Positions 1-9,727 of a DNA stretch of 50,561 nucleotides are shown piece by piece; position 1 is the stretch's first letter; every line of letters starts with the position of its first letter. A program made the translations under genes and the position numbers. The notes below the pieces were generated by a model. The model searched no databases. It was given only the letters and a program-made list of their open reading frames with translations, and was not told the DNA's origin. Source of the stretch: Chloroflexota bacterium (GTDB lineage Bacteria; Chloroflexota; Limnocylindria; P2-11E); NCBI GenBank assembly GCA_005880575.1, contig VBIZ01000118.1, positions 1-50,561 on the forward strand, written 5' to 3'.

Positions 1-622
1 TGCCCAGGTTCGTGCCAAACGCGCCGAGCGCCGCGACGTGGTCGGGCTCGGCGTCAGCGAGGAGCGCGGCGCCCTGACTGCACGCCGCGTACAGCGAAGC
101 GGTCTTGAGCTCGATGCGGTCGAGGTACGCGGCCTCGCTCGGGAGCGATCGCGTCGCTGTGATCTCGCCGAGCTCGCCGTCGCACAGGGCGAATACGGTT
201 TGCGCGACGATCGCGATGACCTCGGGTTTGGGCAGGACCGCAGCGAGCGCGTAGGCCTTCGCGAAGAGATAGTCGCCGACGATGAGGGCGACATCGTCGT
301 TCCACTTCGCGTTCACCGTCCGGATGTTCCGGCGCATCTCCGCGCGGTCGACGACGTCGTCGTGGACGAGCGATGCGGTATGGACGAGCTCGAGCGATTC
401 AGCGAGGTTGAGCACGACCTCACGATCCTGACCGGGGCCGAATCGCGACGAGAGGAACACGAGCGTCGGCCGCAGGAGCTTGCCCGGCGTGGTGAAGAGA
501 TGCGCGACCGCATCGCGGAAGACCGGATGCGCGCCACGCCCCACATCGAGGAGACGCCGCTCGAGCTCACGCAGCTCGCCCTCGACGGGTGCATAGAAGG
601 TAGCGCTGGCGACCGCCCTCAC
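1..622 (-). CDS. Polyprenyl diphosphate synthase (HepT/IspB family), 3' end outside window
   Basis: Hand translation: GKLLRP, ELVHTASLVHDDVVDRAEMRR (first DDxxD motif), ALIVGDYLF, IELKTASL. GTG at 622 with TAAACT 7 nt upstream. Absent from the ORF track because it has no stop in the window. Confidence 0.9.
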   Translation of the reverse strand, partial: MRAVASATFYAPVEGELRELERRLLDVGRGAHPVFRDAVAHLFTTPGKLLRPTLVFLSSRFGPGQDREVVLNLAESLELVHTASLVHDDVVDRAEMRRNIRTVNAKWNDDVALIVGDYLFAKAYALAAVLPKPEVIAIVAQTVFALCDGELGEITATRSLPSEAAYLDRIELKTASLYAACSQGAALLADAEPDHVAALGAFGTNLG

Positions 623-655
623 GCGGCCGAGTTTAGGGACGAATCCGCGGTTTGC

Positions 656-3010
656 TCAGGGCTTGCGCGTTCGCCCTGGAGGCGGGGTCGGCTGAGGCCC
701 GGGCGGCTGCGTGGCGCCCGGCTGGCCGCTCGACCCGGGCGAGGGCGACGGGCTTTCGATCGGCCGCGGCGCAAAGCCGCAGATCCGCCAGCTGAATCGC
801 CCGTTGTAGCTGTAGGCGCCGGACACCGCGCCCTGCGCCCAGGCGTTGTAGTCCCTCTGCCAGTCCAGGAAGGGCGCCCGAAGATTGATCCCGCACGAGG
901 TGTAGAAGGTGCGGTCGTCTGTGGTCGGCTCGGTGCCCTGCACGTAGTGCTCGGTGAAGCGATAGCCGGGGCAGTTCGGACCAGGAAGAAGTCCCGAGCC
1001 GTTGCCGCCGTACAGCGAGGGGTTCACGCAGACGACCTTGTCGACGATCCCATCCGGACGCGCGTACCAATCGGCCGGCAGGCTGGCGACGACCGTCTTC
1101 ATGTAATCGCGCCAGAGCACGCCGGGCCCGAGCGCCGACGAAATGCCGCGCATCTCCGAGTTGTCGGAGTTGCCCATCCAGATCGCGGTGAGCCGCTGCG
1201 GCGTGAAGCCGATCGCCAGCACGTCCTGCAAGTTGTCGGTGGTTCCCGTCTTGAGAGCGGCAGGGCGGCCGATCGAGGTCCACGGGCCGAACACGAACGA
1301 ACCCTGCGGATTGGTGTTGTCCTTCAGGATGTCGGCCAGGACCCAGGCATAGCGCTGATCGATCACGCGCCGGCCCTCGGGCTTGGAGTAGTCCTTCACC
1401 ACCTTCCCTGACGGGTCGACGATCTTGAGGATGAAGGTCGGCTCTACGCGAACGCCCATATTCGCGATGACCTCGTATGCGCTCGCCATATCGATGAGGC
1501 GCATCTCGCCGGCGCCGATCCCGAACGAGAGGCCGAGCTGCGAGCGATCCCAGTCGCGGTTGATCCCAAGCAGGTGGACCGTGTCGATGATCGCGTCGAC
1601 GCCCACGGTCCGCGTGACCTGGAGCGCCGGGAGGTTGAGCGATTCTCGCAGCGCCTGCCGGATCGTTACCGGCCCGTGCTGCTCCTTCGTCGCGTCCTTC
1701 GGGCTGTAGCTCTTGCCACTGCCGTCGGGCATGTTGAACTGGATGTCGTAGAGCTGGGTCGACGCGGTCATGCCCGCCTTCAACATCCCGGTCAGGTACG
1801 TGAAGAGCTTGAACGTCGAACCCGGCTGGCGGAATGCGATGCCGGCGTGGTCGTAGTCGCCCTGCACCTGGGGCGTGTGCATGTAGTAGTCGTAGCTTCC
1901 GACGTACGCGAGGATCTCGCCGGTGGTCGGGTCCATTGTGATGAGCGCGGCGTTGTTCACGTTGTTGCCCTTGAGGGCGTCGACGTGCTGGCGCACCTCT
2001 TTCTCGGCGAGCTGCTGCATGTTCCAGTCGAGCGACGTGTAGACGTCATAGCCGCCGCGGTACGCGGCCTTCTCACCCAGGACCTGCACGAGCTGCTCGC
2101 GGACACGGAAGGTGAAGTGCGGCGCGTAGAGCGATGTGCTCACCCGCTTGACGACGATCTCCTCGTTCTTCGCGGCCTCGGCTTCGGCCGCCGACGCGTA
2201 GCCGTTGTCCACCATCGCATCGAGAACGAGCGCGCGTCGCGCCTTCGCCCCCTCCATGTTCTGGATCGGGTCGTAGTCCGACGGTGCCTGCGGGAGGCCG
2301 GCGAGAAGCGCCATCTGGCCAAGGGTCAGCTGGTTCAGGTCGGTGGTGCCGAAGTAGGTAGCGACCGCCGCCTTCAGGCCGTAGGCCTGGTTCCCGTAAT
2401 AGATCTGGTTGAAGTACATCTCGAGGATCTGGGACTTGCTGAACGTCCGGGTCGCCTCGATGGCGAGGATCGCCTCCTTGATCTTGCGGGTCAGCGTCGG
2501 GTCATCACCGAGGAGACGCGTCTTGATCAGCTGCTGCGTGATCGTGGAGCCGCCCTGACTGATCCGGCCGCTCGCGCTGTTGACCTGGATCGCACGGATG
2601 ATTCCGCCGATGTCGACGCCGGGGTTGGTCCAGAAGCTTTTGTCCTCGATCGAGATCGTCGCGTCCTGCATGCGCTTGGGGACGGCGTCGATCGAGATGA
2701 GGTCGCGCCGTTCGTCCGACAGCGTGTAGAGCAGGTGCTCGCCGCTTCGGTCATAAATGTGCGTGGTGAGCGGCACGGGCACCGTCGCGAGGTCGCTCGC
2801 CGCGGGAAGATCCGACGCGAAGTAGCCGAACGTCGCCGCCGCCGCGACCCCGACGAAAGCGAGGCCGGCAAACAGGACCGCCGTGAGCACCCCCGCGAAG
2901 GTGCCGACCGGCCGCACCGCGCTGACACGGCGCGAAAGACGCCCGCCCGTCCGGGCAGGAAAACGGTAGGCACGGTAAGCCCGGCCAGGAGCTATCCCCT
3001 TGATGGACAT
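656..3010 (-). CDS. Class A penicillin-binding protein (transglycosylase/transpeptidase)
   Basis: N-terminal TM; GT51 motifs EDKSF, GGSTITQQL, RKIKE; transpeptidase motifs STFK, SLN, KTGT; Pro/Ser/Thr-rich C-tail. Confidence 0.95.
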   Translation of the reverse strand: MSIKGIAPGRAYRAYRFPARTGGRLSRRVSAVRPVGTFAGVLTAVLFAGLAFVGVAAAATFGYFASDLPAASDLATVPVPLTTHIYDRSGEHLLYTLSDERRDLISIDAVPKRMQDATISIEDKSFWTNPGVDIGGIIRAIQVNSASGRISQGGSTITQQLIKTRLLGDDPTLTRKIKEAILAIEATRTFSKSQILEMYFNQIYYGNQAYGLKAAVATYFGTTDLNQLTLGQMALLAGLPQAPSDYDPIQNMEGAKARRALVLDAMVDNGYASAAEAEAAKNEEIVVKRVSTSLYAPHFTFRVREQLVQVLGEKAAYRGGYDVYTSLDWNMQQLAEKEVRQHVDALKGNNVNNAALITMDPTTGEILAYVGSYDYYMHTPQVQGDYDHAGIAFRQPGSTFKLFTYLTGMLKAGMTASTQLYDIQFNMPDGSGKSYSPKDATKEQHGPVTIRQALRESLNLPALQVTRTVGVDAIIDTVHLLGINRDWDRSQLGLSFGIGAGEMRLIDMASAYEVIANMGVRVEPTFILKIVDPSGKVVKDYSKPEGRRVIDQRYAWVLADILKDNTNPQGSFVFGPWTSIGRPAALKTGTTDNLQDVLAIGFTPQRLTAIWMGNSDNSEMRGISSALGPGVLWRDYMKTVVASLPADWYARPDGIVDKVVCVNPSLYGGNGSGLLPGPNCPGYRFTEHYVQGTEPTTDDRTFYTSCGINLRAPFLDWQRDYNAWAQGAVSGAYSYNGRFSWRICGFAPRPIESPSPSPGSSGQPGATQPPGPQPTPPPGRTRKP

Positions 3011-3032
3011 CTGGTCTGGTTAACGCTCGGGA

Positions 3033-3048
3033 TGCACGGTTCGTGCCA
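3033..3048 (-). promoter_or_regulatory. sigma54-like -24/-12 promoter (or palindromic operator) upstream of the PBP gene
   Basis: Minus strand TGGCACGAACCGTGCA = GG-N10-GC, about 22 nt upstream of ATG 3010. Confidence 0.55.
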
Positions 3049-3068
3049 TTAGCCGAGGCAGTGGTCGC

Positions 3069-3542
3069 CTAGCGCCGTGCAAAGCGTCCATACAAGCGAG
3101 CGCTAAGCGCAGCCCAGCCCCGCACGGGGCGCGCCTGGAGCGATTCGCGCAGGAAGCGCTGCGCCTCCCGGGCGTCGCCCTCCCACCCTTCGATCAGCAG
3201 CCGATCCTCTGGGCGGAGCGAGTTCGCGGGGCCGCGCCGCTCCATCGCCATCTCCGCTAGAGACATCCGGTCATAGAGCTCGGCAACCGCTGCGGCCGCC
3301 GGAGCGGCGTATTGCGCGAGGATCGCGCTGTATCGGGCGAACTCGCCGTTCTCGAGCGTCACCGCCTGCTTCGTCTGGTCGAACATCGTGGTGAGCTCGA
3401 GGTTGGCCGCGAGCTCGCGGTCGACGGCGTTCACGGCTTCCGTGAGCTCGCGCCGCTCGTCCGGGTCGGGCGCGATAGGGCGCGCGAGCCAGCCGGCCAG
3501 CGCGGCGGCCGCGGCGACTACCGCGGCGACGAGGTACGGCAC
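3069..3542 (-). CDS. Hypothetical protein with N-terminal membrane anchor
   Basis: ORF 3069..3584; likely start GTG 3542 (TGG-GACGAT 6 nt upstream), then a hydrophobic stretch and a helical domain. Confidence 0.7.
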   Translation of the reverse strand: MPYLVAAVVAAAAALAGWLARPIAPDPDERRELTEAVNAVDRELAANLELTTMFDQTKQAVTLENGEFARYSAILAQYAAPAAAAVAELYDRMSLAEMAMERRGPANSLRPEDRLLIEGWEGDAREAQRFLRESLQARPVRGWAALSARLYGRFARR

Positions 3543-3589
3543 ATCCCCATCGTCCCACGTCGGCGCTGTATCCATCGCGCGCATGTCTT

Positions 3590-3608
3590 TGATACATCAC
3601 GTGTATGA
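3590..3608. promoter_or_regulatory. Inverted repeat (candidate operator) overlapping the -10 box of the ATPase gene
   Basis: TGATACA-N5-TGTATGA (6/7 dyad); TATGAT at 3604-3609, 8 nt before ATG 3618. Confidence 0.4.
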
Positions 3609-3617
3609 TGCGCGGCA

Positions 3618-4823
3618 ATGCTCCGACCGCGCGAGCGGACACTCGCGACGCCGTACTTCCCTGTCGGCGGTCCCGTCCCCGCGGCCGACCTCGTCGGTCG
3701 CGAGACCTACCTGCGACGCCTTATCGAGCGGCTCGAGGACGGCCAGCACGTCCTCATCTCCGGTCCCCGCCGGATCGGCAAAACGTCGATCATCATCGAG
3801 GCCCTGCGCCGGCTGCGCCGCCACGGCGCGTACACCGCGTACGTCGACTGCCTCGGCGCGACCGACATTCGTGGACTGGGCGAGCGTCTGGCGGACGCGG
3901 TGCTGCAGAACCTTTCGGGTGTCGAGCGGAGCTTCGAGCAGGCCAAGGCGATTGCAGCGGGGATGCAGCCGACGGTGAAGGTGAAGTACGAGCACGTCGA
4001 GCTCGCGCTGCAGCTCGCCCGCGAGACGAATGCCCAGCGTTTCTTCGAGGGCGCCCTCGACCTCGCACAAGGCCTGGCCAAGCGCTCGGGCAAGCGGGTC
4101 GTGGTGGTGCTCGACGAGTTCCAGGCCGCAGGCCGGCTTGGGCCGCGTGTGTTCGATGTCATGCGCACCCGGTTCCAAGCGCACCGCGGCGTGAGCTACG
4201 CGTTCCTCGGGTCCGAGCAGGGCATCCTCGAGGAGCTCTTCAGCGCGAAGGGGCACGCGTTCTACCGCTTCGCCGTGCCGCTCGATCTCACGGATGCGGG
4301 CGGGCACCGCTTCGGGATCGACCCGGACGATTGGCTCGAATATCTGAAGGCCAAATTCGCCGCGAAGAAGATGACGATCGACGATGCGAGCGTCGACCGC
4401 CTCCTCGATGCGACGGGCGGCCATCCTCAGGACACGATGCAGGTGTGCGCGGCGCTTTACTACCTGATGCGCGACGCTGGCTCGCGTAGCGTGACGCCCG
4501 ACCTTCTCGAGGTCGCATACGAGCAGGCCATGCGCGAGCTGGAGCGGCCGTTCGCGCTCCACTGGACCGAGCTCGGGTCGCACAAGTACCTGCAGCAGGT
4601 CGCGAAGCGCATCGCTCATCGCGCGGTGCTCTATGCGGCGGACGCGGACGGAGGCGCCGTGCCGCGTCCCGAAGTACTGCGCGCGCTCGCCGCGCTGCAG
4701 GAGCGCGGTCTCGCCGTGCGCCTCGGGCGCGGCCGCTACGACTTCGTCGAGCCGATGTTCGGCGAATACGTGCGCCGCCTCGATGAGGGCCTCATGTCAC
4801 CGGGTACTCTTCCGGCGCGATGA
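3618..4823 (+). CDS. P-loop ATPase (archaeal-ATPase/STAND-like) with probable C-terminal winged helix
   Basis: Walker A GPRRIGKT, Walker B VVVVLDEFQ, TGGHP motif, C-terminal RLGRGRYDFVEPMF wing-like segment. Confidence 0.85.
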   Translation: MLRPRERTLATPYFPVGGPVPAADLVGRETYLRRLIERLEDGQHVLISGPRRIGKTSIIIEALRRLRRHGAYTAYVDCLGATDIRGLGERLADAVLQNLSGVERSFEQAKAIAAGMQPTVKVKYEHVELALQLARETNAQRFFEGALDLAQGLAKRSGKRVVVVLDEFQAAGRLGPRVFDVMRTRFQAHRGVSYAFLGSEQGILEELFSAKGHAFYRFAVPLDLTDAGGHRFGIDPDDWLEYLKAKFAAKKMTIDDASVDRLLDATGGHPQDTMQVCAALYYLMRDAGSRSVTPDLLEVAYEQAMRELERPFALHWTELGSHKYLQQVAKRIAHRAVLYAADADGGAVPRPEVLRALAALQERGLAVRLGRGRYDFVEPMFGEYVRRLDEGLMSPGTLPAR

Positions 4824-5017
4824 CTAGCAGCGGCCGCCAACCCCCTATCGAGCCCCGCGCCGGTGTGAAGGTCCGCTTTGGACCGGACCGTCGGGTGGGC
4901 GAGCTCGTGCGGCCGTCACCGAACGGCGAAGAGTGGCTGGTCAAGGATCGGTTCGGGAAATTCTGGGTGGCGACGAACCGGCTGGTGCTGGAGGACGAAG
5001 AGACCGCAGCGCATTGA
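4820..5017 (+). CDS. Small hypothetical protein (65 aa, beta-rich)
   Basis: ATGA overlap with the ATPase stop; plausible protein-like composition. Confidence 0.6.
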   Translation: MTSSGRQPPIEPRAGVKVRFGPDRRVGELVRPSPNGEEWLVKDRFGKFWVATNRLVLEDEETAAH

Positions 5018-5060
5018 GCGCCGCGGCCTCTGTCGCCTTCGCGCTATGCCACGCGTCGCG

Positions 5061-5333
5061 TCAGGCGACTACGCCGCGCCGGCCGCCCATCGCCCGCCAG
5101 ATCAGGAGCACGATGATCGCGCCGATGACCGAGCCGATGATGCCCGCGGCCGAGAGCGTCAGCGTCCCACCAAAGATGAGAGCCGCGAGCGTTCCACCGA
5201 CGAACGAACCGACGATCCCCAGGACCATGGTCCCGAGCCAGCCCATCGGGTCCGGGCCTGGCACGAGCGCGCGCGCGATGAACCCGGCGATCAAGCCGAC
5301 GACCGCGAAGACGATCAGCCCCCAAAGGTCCAT
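5061..5333 (-). CDS. GlsB/YeaQ/YmgE family (transglycosylase-associated) membrane protein
   Basis: Three TMs with GLIAGFIARALVPG, LGIVGSFVGG, SVIGAIIVL signature; GGAGG SD. Confidence 0.92.
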   Translation of the reverse strand: MDLWGLIVFAVVGLIAGFIARALVPGPDPMGWLGTMVLGIVGSFVGGTLAALIFGGTLTLSAAGIIGSVIGAIIVLLIWRAMGGRRGVVA

Positions 5334-5367
5334 ACAGACACCTCCGTTTTGTTAGGGATCTCTCGTC

Positions 5368-5383
5368 TGCACCAACCGTGCCG
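5368..5383 (-). promoter_or_regulatory. sigma54-like -24/-12 promoter upstream of the GlsB-family gene
   Basis: Minus strand CGGCACGGTTGGTGCA = GG-N10-GC, about 35 nt upstream of ATG 5333. Confidence 0.5.
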
Positions 5384-5407
5384 CCGCCGAGCAGGCCCCG
5401 GCTGCAG

Positions 5408-5479
5408 TACCCCCGAGGCGAATCGAACGCCTGTCTACGGCTCCGGAGGCCGTCGCTCTATCCGCTGAGCTACGGGGGC
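5408..5479 (-). tRNA. tRNA-Arg (anticodon CCG)
   Basis: Cloverleaf: acceptor GCCCCCG/CGGGGGT, D arm GCTC/GAGC with A20, anticodon arm ACGGC-CTCCGGA-GCCGT, T arm AGGCG-TTCGATT-CGCCT. CCA not encoded. TAGAAT -10 at 5491-5496. Confidence 0.95.
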
Positions 5480-5529
5480 GGGCGGGCCCAATTCTAGGTC
5501 TCGGCAACTGCTAGCGTGGCCGTCGACAG

Positions 5530-6285
5530 ATGACCGCGGGCACGACCACGCGCGAGCGCGACAAAGAGCTCTCGCTCGTACAGCACCTCGGCGAGCTCCG
5601 GAGCCGTCTTGTCGTTTCGGCGATCGCACTCGTCGTTGGGACAGCCATCGCGTTCTACTTCGGGACGCAGCTCATCCGTCTTCTCCTCATCCCCGTGGAC
5701 TGCACCTTCATTCCGACGTACTCGTGCCACGAGCCGCCGACGACGCTCGTCTCGTTCAGCCCGACCGAGAACTTCACGACGTACTTCCGCGTGGCGCTCT
5801 TCGCGGGGTTCGCGCTGGCGATGCCGGTGATCCTGTATGAGATCTACGCCTACATCGACCCAGCGCTTCTCCCGAAGGAGCGCCGCTTCATCCGGTTTAT
5901 GGGCCTACCGGTCATCGGCCTCTTCCTCGCCGGAATGCTGTTCTGCTACTTCCTCCTGCTGCCGAACGCGATCAAGTTCCTCATCAATTTCGGCGACGAG
6001 GTGATCAAGAACCAGCTTCGCGCGGCCGACTATCTCTCGTTCGTCACGATCTTCATCCTGGGGATGGGCCTGATCTTCGAGGTTCCGGCGGCGATATTCG
6101 CCCTCATCAAGATCCACGTCATCACGCGGCAGTGGCTCGCCAAGCAGCGCCGCTACGCGATACTCGCGGCGTTCGTCATCGGCGCGATCATCACGCCCAC
6201 GCCGGACCCCTTCAACCAGACGCTGGTCGCGGTCCCGATTTATCTCCTGTTCGAGCTGGGTTTGTTCCTCGCACGCTTCGCCTGA
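5530..6285 (+). CDS. tatC: Twin-arginine translocase subunit TatC
   Basis: [41 protein letters not shown] motifs; 6 TMs. Confidence 0.96.
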   Translation: MTAGTTTRERDKELSLVQHLGELRSRLVVSAIALVVGTAIAFYFGTQLIRLLLIPVDCTFIPTYSCHEPPTTLVSFSPTENFTTYFRVALFAGFALAMPVILYEIYAYIDPALLPKERRFIRFMGLPVIGLFLAGMLFCYFLLLPNAIKFLINFGDEVIKNQLRAADYLSFVTIFILGMGLIFEVPAAIFALIKIHVITRQWLAKQRRYAILAAFVIGAIITPTPDPFNQTLVAVPIYLLFELGLFLARFA

Positions 6286-7555
6286 GCTCCTCGAGCCGCG
6301 CCCGGAGCTTCGCCTCGGCGCCGAGGTCGGTCGGCTCGTAGTACCGCCGCCCGGCGAGGGAATCCGGCAGGTACGTCTCGTCCGGCGCGACGTGACCTTC
6401 GAAGTCGTGCGCGTACTTGTATCCCCGGCCGTATCCCTGCTCGGCCATCAGCCGGGTGGGCGCGTTGCGAAGGTGAAGGGGCACCGGGTCCACCCGCGTC
6501 TCGGCAAGGTCGTGCTGGAGCTCGCCGAGACCGCGCTTCAACGAGTCCGACTTTGGCGCGAGGGCGAGGTACACGGTCGCTTCGGCAAGCGGGAAGTACG
6601 CCTCGGGCAGCCCGATGAGATGGGTCGCCTGCTGGGCAGCACTCGCGATGACCAGAGCCTGCGGGTCCGCGAGCCCGACGTCCTCGCCCGCGAGGATGAC
6701 GATGCGCCGCGCGATGAACATCGGATCCTCGCCCGCGTCGATCATCCGCATGAGCCAGTACAGGGCGGCATCCGGGTCCGAGCCGCGCACGCTCTTGATG
6801 AACGCCGAGATCGTGTCGTAGTGCTGGTCGCCGGCGCGGTCATAGAGGAGGGAGCGCCGCTGGAGCGCCTCCTTGACCTCGTCGATCCCGACGGGCTTCT
6901 TCCCCCCGGGTCCGGGCACCGCGGAGTCCGCCGCCAGCTCGAGCGCGTTGAGGGCGACGCGCGCGTCACCGTTGCTCAGGGCGACCAGACCGTCCATAGC
7001 ATCTTTGGTGAGCTCGACCGAACCGCCGAGGCCGCGCTCGTCGGCGAGGGCACGTTCGACGATCACCCTCACATCGTCTTCGGTGAGCGGCTTCAGCGTG
7101 AACACGCGGGATCGCGATAGGAGCGCCGAGTTCACCTCGAACGACGGGTTCTCCGTGGTCGCGCCCAGGAGGGTGACGTCCCCGTTCTCGACGTACGGCA
7201 GCACCACGTCCTGCTGCGCCTTGTTGAATCGGTGGATCTCGTCGATGAAGAGGACCGTGCCCTGATTGGTGAGACCGCGGAGCTTCCGCGACTCATCGAT
7301 GATCTTGCGCAGCTCGGCCACACCCGAAGCGACGGCGGAGATCGCCACGAAGCGGGAATTCGTACGCTTCGCGCCGATCGCCGCGAGGGTCGTCTTCCCG
7401 GTGCCCGGCGGACCCCACAGGATCATCGACGGCAGCTGCCCCGCCTCCATCGCCTTCCGCAGTACGCGGCCCTTCCCGACAAGATGACCTTGCCCGACGA
7501 ACTCATCGAGGTCGCGCGGTCGCATTCGCGCGGCGAGCGGTTGGGCCTGCGTCAT
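6212..7555 (-). CDS. rarA: Replication-associated recombination protein A (RarA/MgsA)
   Basis: [57 protein letters not shown]. Start moved to ATG 7555 (TGG-GACAAT 6 nt upstream). Confidence 0.96.
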   Translation of the reverse strand: MTQAQPLAARMRPRDLDEFVGQGHLVGKGRVLRKAMEAGQLPSMILWGPPGTGKTTLAAIGAKRTNSRFVAISAVASGVAELRKIIDESRKLRGLTNQGTVLFIDEIHRFNKAQQDVVLPYVENGDVTLLGATTENPSFEVNSALLSRSRVFTLKPLTEDDVRVIVERALADERGLGGSVELTKDAMDGLVALSNGDARVALNALELAADSAVPGPGGKKPVGIDEVKEALQRRSLLYDRAGDQHYDTISAFIKSVRGSDPDAALYWLMRMIDAGEDPMFIARRIVILAGEDVGLADPQALVIASAAQQATHLIGLPEAYFPLAEATVYLALAPKSDSLKRGLGELQHDLAETRVDPVPLHLRNAPTRLMAEQGYGRGYKYAHDFEGHVAPDETYLPDSLAGRRYYEPTDLGAEAKLRARLEELRRSVRGTNPARTGDKSGPRPASG

Positions 7556-7598
7556 TCCGCGATTGTCCCACCGCAACCGATTTGCCGCTTCCTGACCT

Positions 7599-7614
7599 AT
7601 AAACAGTCGCTTAT
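7599..7614. promoter_or_regulatory. Candidate ArsR-type operator overlapping the -10 box
   Basis: ATAAAC-AGTC-GCTTAT imperfect dyad; TATCCT at 7612-7617, 8 nt before GTG 7626. Confidence 0.4.
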
Positions 7615-7625
7615 CCTATGAGATC

Positions 7626-7946
7626 GTGGAACGTGGAGGGATCCTGAGCCCGTCCAGCCTGCGCGAGCTGCGGAGCTATTACCGCGCGCTCGGCGACGTG
7701 AATCGTCTTCGTATCGTCCACATCCTCGTCACCGAAGGCGAGCAACCGGTCTCGGAGCTCGCGCGCCGCCTGCGGATCAGCCAGCCCCTCATGTCCTGGC
7801 ACCTGCGGCGCTTGCGACGTGCCGGGATCGTGCGGATGGAGCGTGTGGGGCGCGAGGTCCGCTGCTCGTTCGATCGCGAGCAGTTCGCGGAGCTCAACGC
7901 TCGCGGCTTTCGCCTACTCATGAACCGAGCCGAGGCGCAGGCGTGA
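7626..7946 (+). CDS. ArsR/SmtB family transcriptional regulator
   Basis: ALGDVNRLRIV, VSELARRLRISQPLMSWHLRRLRRAGIV, R.GREVRC wHTH pattern. Confidence 0.92.
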   Translation: MERGGILSPSSLRELRSYYRALGDVNRLRIVHILVTEGEQPVSELARRLRISQPLMSWHLRRLRRAGIVRMERVGREVRCSFDREQFAELNARGFRLLMNRAEAQA

Positions 7947-8563
7947 GCCACGGAGTCGTACCGGATCGGCTTGCCGAAGGCGCGCGGGCGGGCATCGGGC
8001 CGTTGGCCCGAGCGCTTGCCGGCATGGGCATATCGGCGAACGCCGTGACGATCGCCGGGGGCGTGCTGACGATCGTCGGCTCGGGATTCGTGGCCGCATC
8101 GTGGCCGCTTCCGGCGCTCCTCGTCCTGCTCGTCGGGACCCTCGCCGACACGCTCGACGGGCAGCTGGCAAAGGCGGCCGGCGGCGGCACGCGCCTCGGA
8201 GCCTTCCTCGATTCGACGGTCGACCGCATCGCGGACGGGGCGCTGTTCGTCGGGGCGGCCGGGGCCGGCGCGAACCTGGGCCAGCCCCTTCTCCTCTGGT
8301 CCTCCCTCATCGCGCTCGTCGCGTCGTCCCTGGTCCCCTACGTGCGCGCGAAAGCCGAATCCCTCGGCGTGAGCGCGAGCGTCGGCCCGGCCCCGCGCGA
8401 GGCGCGCATCGTCATCTTCCTCATCGGTCTCGCGGCGTGGGCCTTGTTCGATCTCGAGGCTCTGTTCGTCGCCGCGATCTTCGTCCTCGCCGTCCTCTCG
8501 ACGATCACGTTCGCTCTCCGGGTGGTCCACGTGAGCCGCAAGCTATCCACAAGAGAAAGGTAG
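7943..8563 (+). CDS. pgsA: CDP-alcohol phosphotransferase, phosphatidylinositol-phosphate synthase-like
   Basis: ANAVT and DTLDGQLAK...GAFLDSTVDRIAD signature; PYVRAKAESLG and PREAR segments resemble actinobacterial PIP synthase; adjacent to ino1. Confidence 0.85.
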   Translation: MSHGVVPDRLAEGARAGIGPLARALAGMGISANAVTIAGGVLTIVGSGFVAASWPLPALLVLLVGTLADTLDGQLAKAAGGGTRLGAFLDSTVDRIADGALFVGAAGAGANLGQPLLLWSSLIALVASSLVPYVRAKAESLGVSASVGPAPREARIVIFLIGLAAWALFDLEALFVAAIFVLAVLSTITFALRVVHVSRKLSTRER

Positions 8564-8575
8564 ATATCCGAAGGC

Positions 8576-9727
<1,152 letters not shown>

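Noticed and set aside
38-3052. Long plus-strand ORFs 38..1411 and 1574..3052, and similar antisense ORFs across the window (e.g. 30903..33185, 44102..45559)
   Set aside because: They are shadow frames of well-supported opposite-strand genes in high-GC DNA and show no recognisable motifs.
3011-5407. Possible tRNA-integrated island downstream of tRNA-Arg
   Set aside because: No integrase and no duplicated tRNA 3' end beyond a 7-bp match (CCGAGGC near 3053); composition matches the flanks.
8543-8551. One-mismatch DnaA box CTATCCACA just upstream of ino1
   Set aside because: A single imperfect box inside the pgsA coding end; not enough to claim DnaA regulation.
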